Below, one piece after another: positions 47,739 to 55,923 of a stretch of 64,000 bases of DNA. The notes under the pieces were generated by a model. It searched no databases. It saw only the letters and a program-made list of their open reading frames with translations, and was not told where the DNA came from. Numbering within the stretch: the stretch's first letter is position 1; each line of letters begins with the position of its first letter. Source of the stretch: an uncultured Thermoplasmata archaeon (lineage in GTDB: Archaea > Thermoplasmatota > Thermoplasmata > SG8-5); the NCBI GenBank assembly GCA_964354755.1, contig CAYHBA010000001.1, forward strand, positions 320,706 through 384,705, read 5' to 3'. A program made the translations under genes and the position numbers.

Positions 47739-48494
47739 ATGGAGTTGAAGAAAATAATCTCACCGGTGCTGGCAATATTCAAGTACTCGGCCAGGAAGAT
47801 ACTGTTCAACAAGCGCTGGCTCATCACCCTGCTCATGATTCTGCTCGCAGCCGGGATAATGGGCTATGCAGGAAGCCAGGACATCGACGCGCTGGACGGC
47901 GGAGCTGACTTCATGGACATATTGATTCTCTCTTTCATGATGCCGATCATCGCGATGATTCACGGGGCATCCCTCATCAGGAATGAAATCGAGGACAAGA
48001 GCATCACGCAGGTCATAACCGCGCCCCTGGACAGGAGGATTGCCTACCTGGGATACTATGTTGCCCTGGCAGTTTCCCTTTGCATGATAATGCTCCTGAT
48101 AAGTGTTGCGGGATGGCTGGCTTACTTCCTCCAGAAAGGCGTCAGCGCGGATTCCCTCGCGATACTGGCTTCCATGTCAGCGGTATCGGTCATCGGAGCC
48201 CTGGCCTACTCGGCCCTTTTCCTGGCGATAGGCACACTCTTCTCGAAGCCGGTCTATTTCAGCCTGTTCTATGCCTTTGTCTGGGAGGCGTTCATAGGCT
48301 CGGTTCCGGGAGCCATCAGCCATTACACTGTCAAGCATTTCGTCAGGTCGCTCGGCTCGGCCTGGACACATCACGGCGACCTGGCGTCGTATGACGGGGC
48401 CGGCGTGGGAACTTCCCTGCTGGTTCTGGCCGTGCTGACTGCGCTCCTGCTGGTCATGGGGGCTGCGGTGTTCAAGGAAAAAGAATATCCATGA
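47739..48494 (+). CDS. ABC-2 type transporter permease (second copy)
   Basis: 6 predicted TM helices; immediately follows the ATPase. Confidence 0.7.
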   Translation: MELKKIISPVLAIFKYSARKILFNKRWLITLLMILLAAGIMGYAGSQDIDALDGGADFMDILILSFMMPIIAMIHGASLIRNEIEDKSITQVITAPLDRRIAYLGYYVALAVSLCMIMLLISVAGWLAYFLQKGVSADSLAILASMSAVSVIGALAYSALFLAIGTLFSKPVYFSLFYAFVWEAFIGSVPGAISHYTVKHFVRSLGSAWTHHGDLASYDGAGVGTSLLVLAVLTALLLVMGAAVFKEKEYP

Positions 48495-48536
48495 AACGCA
48501 AATCTTTTTAACATCTCCCTGCATGGCATCGCCGTC

Positions 48537-49355
48537 ATGAAGACAACTGTCGCGTTCAGCCTTGCAATAATCTTGCTGCTTTCCGCCTGCGGAGCCCAGG
48601 CCCAGTCAGTCGACGAGCCAAGGTTCGTCAACCGCATGCTCGGGGACTTCAGCACGCCCTCGATAGAGCCGGGCGATGACGGGATTCTCTCCTTCACCGT
48701 GAACAATCCGGACCCGGTGAACCTGACTGGCGTCATGGAGGATACTGTAATTTCTATTTCGATTTACAGGTACGCGACCCTGGAGGAATCCCTGCCCGTG
48801 GAGGACGTGGATGAGCCTCCGGTATTCGACAGCACCGGGACCACTTTGACTTCGGTGACCTGCGGCGACATCCAGCCCGGGGGGAATGTGACCGTGCCCC
48901 TCGCTATTGCAACAGAAAGGGGAACGGCCCATGGTTCGTACTTCTCGCAGTGCAGCTATTTCGTGAGGTTCAACCTCACATTTTCCTACTCGGGGGAAAA
49001 TCACACAATGGTGTCCAGGGGCCATTTCACGGACGGGCAGTGGGAGCTTCTCACATCTGGGGATACGGGAGCCGGGGAAATCAACCAGACCTACCTCCAT
49101 GAGCTGGGCTATTCCGGCATCATACCGGACACTGCATTCTCTGTCAGGAAAAGCATACCCATCTGGCCTGCTTTCATGCTTGCCGGCCTAACTGTGCTGA
49201 GCGGCTTCGCAGCATTCTCGTTCTTCGTCCTGGACAATCCCGGGAGGTACCCCAAACTCGAAATCAAATTGCTGAGGTTCAGCGGCCGCCTCAACCTGTG
49301 GAAGAGAAAAATTCCCGGCCTGCTGAGGAGACCCAAGAAAGGGGCTGGCACCTGA
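48537..49355 (+). CDS. hypothetical exported protein with C-terminal TM anchor
   Basis: Signal peptide MKTTVAFSLAIILLLSACGAQA; C-terminal TM IWPAFMLAGLTVLSGFAAFSFFVL and basic tail. Confidence 0.55.
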   Translation: MKTTVAFSLAIILLLSACGAQAQSVDEPRFVNRMLGDFSTPSIEPGDDGILSFTVNNPDPVNLTGVMEDTVISISIYRYATLEESLPVEDVDEPPVFDSTGTTLTSVTCGDIQPGGNVTVPLAIATERGTAHGSYFSQCSYFVRFNLTFSYSGENHTMVSRGHFTDGQWELLTSGDTGAGEINQTYLHELGYSGIIPDTAFSVRKSIPIWPAFMLAGLTVLSGFAAFSFFVLDNPGRYPKLEIKLLRFSGRLNLWKRKIPGLLRRPKKGAGT

Positions 49356-49414
49356 AATTTATCATATCAGAAAGATATAAATAGTCTCTCGCTGATTGGT
49401 CTGACGGCGAACTG

Positions 49415-50074
49415 ATGCTTGACATGGACGTAATGCTGTGGGATTTCCTTCCTAAGATACTGCTGTCCATTTTCTGCGGCAGCCTCATCGGGCTCGAGAG
49501 GGAGCTGAGGGACAAGCCCGCTGGCATGCGCACATACATGCTCATCTGCACGGGAGCGGCAATGTTCACCATGGTCTCGGTTTACTTCATCGAACAGTGG
49601 GGCGGCACTTCAGACCCCCTGAGGGTGGCTGCCCAAATAGTCACCGGGGTCGGTTTCCTGGGTGCCGGCACGATTATGTTCACGAAGGGCCATATCAGCG
49701 GACTGACAAGCGCCGCTGCGATTTGGGCGTCCGCAGCGGTAGGAATGACCATAGGCCTGGACATGCATATCTTCGCCGTGATAGTGACGCTTCTCATCGT
49801 CCTTTCGCTGGTCATCCTCGGGAAGGTGGAGAAGATTCTCGGCCTCAAAGGCAGAAGGCCTTACAAGTTCAGGGCGGTCATGGACCTGCAGGCTGTGGCG
49901 GAGTTCCAGGATGCGGTGAAAAATTCGCCCACGAAATTCAACATAGTGGAGATGGAAACGGCCGCAGACAAGGTGGCCATAGTGATAGAATGTCATCTCT
50001 CCCGTTCGGAGAGGCATAAGTTCAAGAGCCTCCTGATGAAGCTCGGAGCGAATTTCACAATCCTGGAGGATTGA
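49415..50074 (+). CDS. MgtC/SapB family membrane protein
   Basis: N-terminal MgtC domain (LLSIFCGSLIGLERELRDKPAGMRTYMLICTGAAMF...) plus C-terminal ACT-like soluble domain. Confidence 0.8.
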   Translation: MLDMDVMLWDFLPKILLSIFCGSLIGLERELRDKPAGMRTYMLICTGAAMFTMVSVYFIEQWGGTSDPLRVAAQIVTGVGFLGAGTIMFTKGHISGLTSAAAIWASAAVGMTIGLDMHIFAVIVTLLIVLSLVILGKVEKILGLKGRRPYKFRAVMDLQAVAEFQDAVKNSPTKFNIVEMETAADKVAIVIECHLSRSERHKFKSLLMKLGANFTILED

Positions 50075-50076
50075 AG

Positions 50077-50598
50077 CTAATATTTTATGGTGAACTCGCA
50101 GTATTTATCTCTGTCCAGCATGCATTTCGTCTCGTTGACCGTGCCCTTGGTCTTGGTCACTTCCAGGAGACCTTCGCACACGCCGCGCCAGACATCGCAG
50201 CTTTCTTTAATGCGGCATACGTCATAAAGCTTGACGATTATCAGGTTCTCTTTACTGGTGTCGGTCTCGATCTTGCCGTATGAATAAATCTCGCTGAAAT
50301 TCTTCGGAAATTTGTTAGCGATTGTCTTGGGGTCGGAAAACCTGACCAGCCAGGACAGTATCCCAAGGTTCGATGCGAGGTACCTGCCGCACTCGAGAAC
50401 GTAGGGCTCGCCCTTCTCCCTGGATATCCACCTGAGTATGTTCTCGCGTATCGCGTCCTGATAATAGTTGCCGTCCCTGAACTCGCCCCATAGGCCAATG
50501 TCGCTCATGCAGAGGCGATACCCCTCCTTTCCCCATTTCTTCGTGACGAAGCCCAAATACGAATTCAATATGCTTCCGCGGACCTTCCTCTCCATCAA
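50077..50598 (-). CDS. hypothetical cytoplasmic protein, possibly V4R/Bet3-like Cys-containing alpha/beta domain
   Basis: C-terminal CDVWRGVCEGLLEV...CMLDRDKYCEF resembles the 4-vinyl-reductase domain pattern; weak. Confidence 0.4.
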   Translation of the reverse strand: MMERKVRGSILNSYLGFVTKKWGKEGYRLCMSDIGLWGEFRDGNYYQDAIRENILRWISREKGEPYVLECGRYLASNLGILSWLVRFSDPKTIANKFPKNFSEIYSYGKIETDTSKENLIIVKLYDVCRIKESCDVWRGVCEGLLEVTKTKGTVNETKCMLDRDKYCEFTIKY

Positions 50599-50690
50599 GC
50601 ACCAGTAACGGATGTATTGTCCAGCCAGTTTAAAGATTTAACTGCTTGCGATACATTTATGGCATGAAAAAGTTTGAAATAGTAACATTT

Positions 50691-52226
50691 TTATATTATC
50701 GGGATGAGCTTGATGTTCGGCGTGCCCCTCTCAACATCATTGACTATGCCATATATTATTGTCTTTGGCTTAATGCCAAAGATGCAGGGGCATTTGTCTA
50801 TCGTTATTATCTTGAAGTAGGTGTCGGCCATGTTCATTATCTCCTGGGTGAGCTTCAGGCCAGGCTTCAGAATTCCGATTCCCAAGTCCCTGGATATTTT
50901 TATCTTTGCGACGGCATCCAGCAAATGCTGTATGGCCACCTCGCCACCGCGCAGATATTCAAGCGTGTCGAAACCAGTGAAGTCCATGATCGGTTTGTTC
51001 TCCGAACCCCTGAGGTATTCGACATTGCTCTTCCATGTCCTGAGAGCATCGTCCTTGTTCCGTGTTCCCAGAGCCATGATGTAGGATGAGTCGCTCTTGT
51101 TCGTGAAGTAATCGGCAATGCGCACGAAGTTCTCGAACTGACTTTCCGGCAGGAATTTGTCCAGGTCTTTCTTCAGCGTTTCGGCATGGTCGCCTCCCGA
51201 GAGGACCGCAAAAATGCCCTTGTCCAGCGATATGAAATTCAGGAGAATCGGCACAACGATGGAGTGGTACTCCTCGTTGGAGACATTCTCGTTCACCTCG
51301 ATGACATTGTAGCTGCCTGCGGCATATCCGCCTCCGAGCAGTGCATCCAGGTCCCTGGTGCCAGTGCTGTAGTGATTGTCCTTATCGGGCATGGGTTCCC
51401 ACTGTTTTATATCGCCCAGGTAAATTTTGAAGGGGTCGAATGTGTTGAACCGCCCGTCGTTCAGAGTTACAAGGTAGGATGGCTGGAGTATCTTGGTTCC
51501 CCTTAGTTTCTCTATGTGAATGTTCCTGACCCGCCTGCCGTCCCTGGACTCGAATGTGTGCTTTACGACGCCGTCCACCAGGTACTCCACGTTCGTGGCT
51601 TCCTTATTCTCAAGGACGAAAATGACGTCTGCGTTGGAGCCTTCGACAAGGTCCTTCTGGATGCAGGTGACCAGCTCCTCGTTTTCCAGGCTGTATTTGT
51701 TGGTCACGCCTTCGATGCTGTCGATGATTATCATGGTCTTGTCCGGGAGGTTTGCCTCGACGCGGTCGTAAATGCGTTCTATCTCGGGCATGCGGTTCCT
51801 TTCGAGCAGAACCGTGAGCCTTGTCCTGTCCACCTTGGCCGGCGGGGCCAGGGGCTCGTCGCTGACGCTTCTCAGGAAATCCTTGGCTCGGCTGAGCTTC
51901 TCCATTGTCTCCCTGTCCGGAGTTTCGTCCCCTTCATCATCCGGAACCAGGGCTTGGAGCAGCACGCGGCTGGAGTCGATTATGCGGTTTTTCATCTCCT
52001 CCTTCTCGAGCCACGGAAATTGCTTGAACAGGGCTTCATCCGATACCCGGCTGGACAGGTATATGCTCTTCTGCGGGTCCCCAAGGTCCTCGAGGAGCTG
52101 GAGCGCCATGGTTGTTTTCCCGGAGCCGGCACCTCCCTTCACAAGCAGGGAGCGGCCGCCGGGTTTGCCGAAGAACGTTCTGAGTTCGCCGGGAATGGAT
52201 ATGTGATTGGAATGCGGCTTATTCAT
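50691..52226 (-). CDS. KaiC-like two-domain RecA-superfamily ATPase (first domain intact P-loop, second degenerate)
   Basis: Domain 1 Walker A GGAGSGKTT; domain 2 retains the GTRDLDALLGGGYAAGS KaiC-type loop without a GK[ST]. Confidence 0.75.
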   Translation of the reverse strand: MNKPHSNHISIPGELRTFFGKPGGRSLLVKGGAGSGKTTMALQLLEDLGDPQKSIYLSSRVSDEALFKQFPWLEKEEMKNRIIDSSRVLLQALVPDDEGDETPDRETMEKLSRAKDFLRSVSDEPLAPPAKVDRTRLTVLLERNRMPEIERIYDRVEANLPDKTMIIIDSIEGVTNKYSLENEELVTCIQKDLVEGSNADVIFVLENKEATNVEYLVDGVVKHTFESRDGRRVRNIHIEKLRGTKILQPSYLVTLNDGRFNTFDPFKIYLGDIKQWEPMPDKDNHYSTGTRDLDALLGGGYAAGSYNVIEVNENVSNEEYHSIVVPILLNFISLDKGIFAVLSGGDHAETLKKDLDKFLPESQFENFVRIADYFTNKSDSSYIMALGTRNKDDALRTWKSNVEYLRGSENKPIMDFTGFDTLEYLRGGEVAIQHLLDAVAKIKISRDLGIGILKPGLKLTQEIMNMADTYFKIITIDKCPCIFGIKPKTIIYGIVNDVERGTPNIKLIPII

Positions 52227-52590
52227 TCTGCATCACCTCGCGTATCCTGACCTCGGCCTCGCTGGCTTTTTTGTCCAATTCGGCTGCGTCCAGCTTATGG
52301 CTCATCAGCACAAGTATGGCCTTTCTGCCCAGGCTCCTGGTTATCATGATGCCGCTCGGGCTGGTTTCCACGCTCACCTTATGGGGCTTGTCCCAGCCGC
52401 TGCCGGTGAAAATGACTTCGGAAGCGCCGAATATGGTCGCAGAAAGCGTGGCTATTGTTTCAGCCGAGATGCCGTGAGGCAGATGCCAGGCTATTGGAGC
52501 TCCGCTGCGGGTGATGACCGCTGAAATCTCCACACCGTGCTCGCTCTCGAGTTTTTCAAGTTCCCTGTTAAGTTCGGCGACTATTGTCAT
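52219..52590 (-). CDS. Roadblock/LC7 (MglB-like) domain protein
   Basis: 123 aa; EISAVITRSGAPIAW...ATLSATIFGASE...SGIMITRSLGRKAILVLMS matches the Roadblock fold pattern; overlaps the downstream ATPase gene by 8 nt. Confidence 0.7.
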   Translation of the reverse strand: MTIVAELNRELEKLESEHGVEISAVITRSGAPIAWHLPHGISAETIATLSATIFGASEVIFTGSGWDKPHKVSVETSPSGIMITRSLGRKAILVLMSHKLDAAELDKKASEAEVRIREVMQNE

Positions 52591-52785
52591 TGTCCTGCCC
52601 CCTTTAGGTCAGAGTGACGTCATGCATCTCAAGTTATATAAGGATTGTGGATGAAAAAAGGTATCTGGCGAACTGCAACCTCAATGCCTCTGCAATGTCC
52701 GGATAATGTTCTGCCCGGAAGCGAATCATGCGCTGCCGATGGCATCAGCCAAGGTTATTGCAATGCCGCGACCCGCTTACATAAC

Positions 52786-52808
52786 TTTTTATATATTTGT
52801 ATATGTTT
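52786..52808 (+). promoter_or_regulatory. TATA-rich ftsZ promoter region (SD AGGTGA at 52857-52862)
   Basis: tttttatatatttgtatatgttt ~60-80 nt upstream of ATG 52867. Confidence 0.4.
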
Positions 52809-52866
52809 AGGGTGAAAGGTTGCGGGCATGCAAATGCCTGCGATTTTGTTCAAGGCAGGTGAATGG

Positions 52867-53982
52867 ATGAGTTCCATTGTAAAAGAGGTATTGGCCCGTT
52901 CGGTCCCGGAGGTTACGCACCAGGAAGCCCCGACAGAATACCGCGTCGGAGGACAAAACGCGGAGGACGAGGAATTAGAGCGCATACTGGCAGGTCTCAA
53001 GACAAACATCAAGATTGTCGGCTGCGGTGGAGGAGGAAGCAACACCGTGAACAGACTGGTGGAATCCGGCATCCTCGGCGCGGACCTCTACGCGCTTAAC
53101 ACCGATGCCCAGCATCTCCTAACGATTCACTCCCCCCACAAGATTCTCATAGGCAAGAGGTCCACAAAGGGCCTTGGAGCCGGCGCACTTCCCCAGATAG
53201 GGGAGGAGGCAGCCAGGGAAGCCGAGGAGGAGATAAAGGCCGCCCTCACCGGAGCGGACATTGTTTTCGTCACCTGCGGCCTGGGCGGAGGAACCGGAAC
53301 TGGTTCGGCGCCTTTCGTGGCCGCGATAGCCAAGGAACTCGGGGCGCTGGCAATAGCAATCTGCACATCGCCTTTCAAAGCGGAGGGAAGCATCAGGATG
53401 GAGAACGCCGAGTACGGGCTGGAGAAGCTGAGGGCCGTGGCGGACACAGTCATAGTCATACCCAACGACAAGCTAATCGAGCTTGTGCCTAAGCTCTCGA
53501 TTAACGCCGCGTTCAAGGTGGCGGACGAGGTTTTAATGAGGTCCATAAAAGGCATCACAGAGGTCGTGACAAAACCCGGCCTGGTCAACCTTGACTTCAA
53601 TGACATTAAAACAATAATGAGGGGAGGCGGCGTGGCCATGATTGGACTTGGGGAGAGCGACAGCGAGGACAGGGCCATTGAGGCAGTGAACGAGGCCATT
53701 GACTCGCCGTTGATTGACGTGGACATTGCGGATGCCACAGGCGCACTGATAAACGTCACAGGAGGCTCGGACATGACAATATCGGAAGCCGAGCAGGTCG
53801 CTGAGATAGTCCAGTCGAGGATTAGCTCGAACGCCAGAATAATCTGGGGGGCTGCGGTCGACCCGGAGCTCGAGGGAATGATCAGAGTCATGATAGTAAT
53901 TACTGGTGTGAAATCGAACCAGATGTTCGCAAAACAGGACACCAGGAGGGGCAAGGACATAGGTGTGGACCTCATAAGGTAG
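52867..53982 (+). CDS. ftsZ: cell division protein FtsZ
   Basis: [17 protein letters not shown] and [15 protein letters not shown] tubulin/FtsZ signatures; track ORF begins at 52828, SD-preceded ATG 52867 preferred. Confidence 0.9.
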   Translation: MSSIVKEVLARSVPEVTHQEAPTEYRVGGQNAEDEELERILAGLKTNIKIVGCGGGGSNTVNRLVESGILGADLYALNTDAQHLLTIHSPHKILIGKRSTKGLGAGALPQIGEEAAREAEEEIKAALTGADIVFVTCGLGGGTGTGSAPFVAAIAKELGALAIAICTSPFKAEGSIRMENAEYGLEKLRAVADTVIVIPNDKLIELVPKLSINAAFKVADEVLMRSIKGITEVVTKPGLVNLDFNDIKTIMRGGGVAMIGLGESDSEDRAIEAVNEAIDSPLIDVDIADATGALINVTGGSDMTISEAEQVAEIVQSRISSNARIIWGAAVDPELEGMIRVMIVITGVKSNQMFAKQDTRRGKDIGVDLIR

Positions 53983-54006
53983 GCACTTTTCAACCCGGGT
54001 GAGCAC

Positions 54007-54231
54007 ATGGTGGACATAGTCGAGGAATCATGGAACGTACAGGGCCGTATCGAGGGCCGCTTCAAGAACATAGGAAAAGGCAAGTACGGCAGAGTCCTCA
54101 AGATGGCCAGAAAGCCGGATAATGACGAATACGTCAAGGTCCTCCAGATAACCGGCATCGGACTGACACTCATAGGCGGCCTGGGATTTCTCATATACTG
54201 GCTATGGACGCAGCTTCCCGCATATTTCTGA
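54007..54231 (+). CDS. secE: protein translocase subunit SecE (Sec61-gamma)
   Basis: 74 aa with a single C-terminal TM helix; canonical position between ftsZ and spt5. Confidence 0.75.
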   Translation: MVDIVEESWNVQGRIEGRFKNIGKGKYGRVLKMARKPDNDEYVKVLQITGIGLTLIGGLGFLIYWLWTQLPAYF

Positions 54232-54246
54232 ATTTTGAGGTCTCAC

Positions 54247-55164
54247 ATGTCGCTTCTCGAAGGAATGGAAAAAAAGGAGCCTGAACAGCCCCCCAAACCG
54301 GCAGATGGGCCTCAGCCGCAGGAGTCCAGGAAAATCAAAATTACCTGCGAAGGCGAGGAGAAGAGGTCCATCACGACAGGCATCACCACCGAATACGTTC
54401 TGAAGGTCATATACGAGGGAGCCAGGCCGGACAGGCTGAAGCTCTCGGTTAAACCTATGCTGGACTCCGCGCTCGGAGAGCAAGGCGCTGACTGGGTCGT
54501 CGTTGTGGACATGAAAGAGAGGGACCAGAAAGCCTGGGAGGTCACCAGGACAGGCATCACGGAGAAAGAAGTTGATGTGACGTCCAACCAGACGCTCGGC
54601 ATGGCAATCAAAGTGACGTCCCCCAAGGGAGCCAGGTACGGAGACGCTATCAATATCGTCATGAATGTAAGCTCCGTATCGGACCCTGCGATGGCAGACT
54701 CTCTGACCACGAGAACCACAGCCAGGCAGTCAGTGCTCGCAGTCAAAACACAGATAGGCCACGAGAGAACAGTGGCGGACACGCTCAGCGTCCGCGCGAA
54801 GGACCTCGGCGTGCTTTCCATACTTTCTCCGGCGCCTCTCAGGGGATATGTCCTCGTCGAGGCGATGAACTCAGACAGATTGGAGGAAATAATCAGGGGA
54901 ATAAAGCGCGCCAGGGGGCTCGTCGACGGCGAGATGAAGCTGGACGAGGTGGAGCATTACCTCACTCCGAAGGCCCTTGTCTCGGGGATTGTCGAGGGAG
55001 ACATCGTCGAACTGGTTGCAGGGCCTTTCAAGGGAGAGAAGGCCAGGGTGCAGCACATAGACGAGGGGAAGGAGGAAATCACGGTCGAGCTGTTCGAGGC
55101 CTTGGTGCCCATACCGGTCACAGTCAAGGGCGACAGCGTCAGAGTAATCGGAAAGGAGAAGTGA
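54247..55164 (+). CDS. spt5: transcription elongation factor Spt5 (NusG homologue) with unexplained ~150-aa N-terminal extension
   Basis: C-terminal 158 aa is a canonical NGN+KOW Spt5; the N-terminal 150 aa form a novel beta-rich region in the same frame; ATG 54247 has SD GAGGT 6 nt upstream and lies 16 nt after secE. Confidence 0.75.
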   Translation: MSLLEGMEKKEPEQPPKPADGPQPQESRKIKITCEGEEKRSITTGITTEYVLKVIYEGARPDRLKLSVKPMLDSALGEQGADWVVVVDMKERDQKAWEVTRTGITEKEVDVTSNQTLGMAIKVTSPKGARYGDAINIVMNVSSVSDPAMADSLTTRTTARQSVLAVKTQIGHERTVADTLSVRAKDLGVLSILSPAPLRGYVLVEAMNSDRLEEIIRGIKRARGLVDGEMKLDEVEHYLTPKALVSGIVEGDIVELVAGPFKGEKARVQHIDEGKEEITVELFEALVPIPVTVKGDSVRVIGKEK

Positions 55165-55168
55165 ACAT

Positions 55169-55648
55169 ATGCCAGAAGTAATTGAGGTGCTTGTCGACGG
55201 AGGAAAGGCCACGCCCGGCCCACCGCTCGGACCCGTTCTCGGGCCGATGCAGGTCAATATCATGGAGATAATCAAGGTCATCAACGAGAAGACGAAAGCG
55301 TTCGTTGGAATGAAGGTCCCTGTCAAGATAACGGTGGACCCGAAGACCAAGGCATTCGATATCTCGGTCGGAACGCCGCCCACCAGCGCCCTTGTCATCA
55401 AGGAGTTGGGAATAGAGAAAGGCTCAGGGTCCAACAATGCCACGAAGGTCGGCGACCTGAAGATGGAGCAGGTCATCAAGATTGCCAACATGAAGGAGAC
55501 CGCCGTTCTCGGCAAGACCCTGAAGAACCGCTGCCTCGAGGTCGCTGGGACATGCGTTTCCATGGGCGTCACGATCAACGGCGAGGACGCGAAACAGGCG
55601 CAATTTTTAATCAAGGATGGAAAGTGGGACAAATTCTTTAAAGAATGA
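55169..55648 (+). CDS. rpl11: 50S ribosomal protein L11 (uL11)
   Basis: PPLGPVLGPMQVNIMEIIK... L11 motifs; SD AAGGAG upstream. Confidence 0.95.
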   Translation: MPEVIEVLVDGGKATPGPPLGPVLGPMQVNIMEIIKVINEKTKAFVGMKVPVKITVDPKTKAFDISVGTPPTSALVIKELGIEKGSGSNNATKVGDLKMEQVIKIANMKETAVLGKTLKNRCLEVAGTCVSMGVTINGEDAKQAQFLIKDGKWDKFFKE

Positions 55649-55677
55649 TGGTCTCATTTTCAAAACATCTTATTGCT

Positions 55678-55900
55678 GCATGCCCCACTTGTGAGGGTGG
55701 GGTAATAATGTATTGGCTGTATGAGTGACAGAGCAATCTTGGACATTCTGTTGCTCTGTTTTCGGGGACCTCGCCTGTGAGGGCGAGGGGGCTGGGTACT
55801 CGCCTAGCTTGTGCGCGCCAGGCGAAATTGGCAGCTCTTGCAAGGTTTCGTTTCTCTCTAACTTCGCATTGCATACTATCATCAAAGTTTGAAGAATCGC
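55678..55900. repeat. structured non-coding element C (homologous to element B)
   Basis: Contains gcatgccccacttgt, attggctgtatgagtgaca, gggtactcgcctagcttgtgcgcgccaggcgaaat and the aagtttga tail; sits where rpl1-rpl10-rpl12 would be expected. Confidence 0.55.
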
Positions 55901-55923
55901 CTCCATGCCAGAGCCGATTTGAA

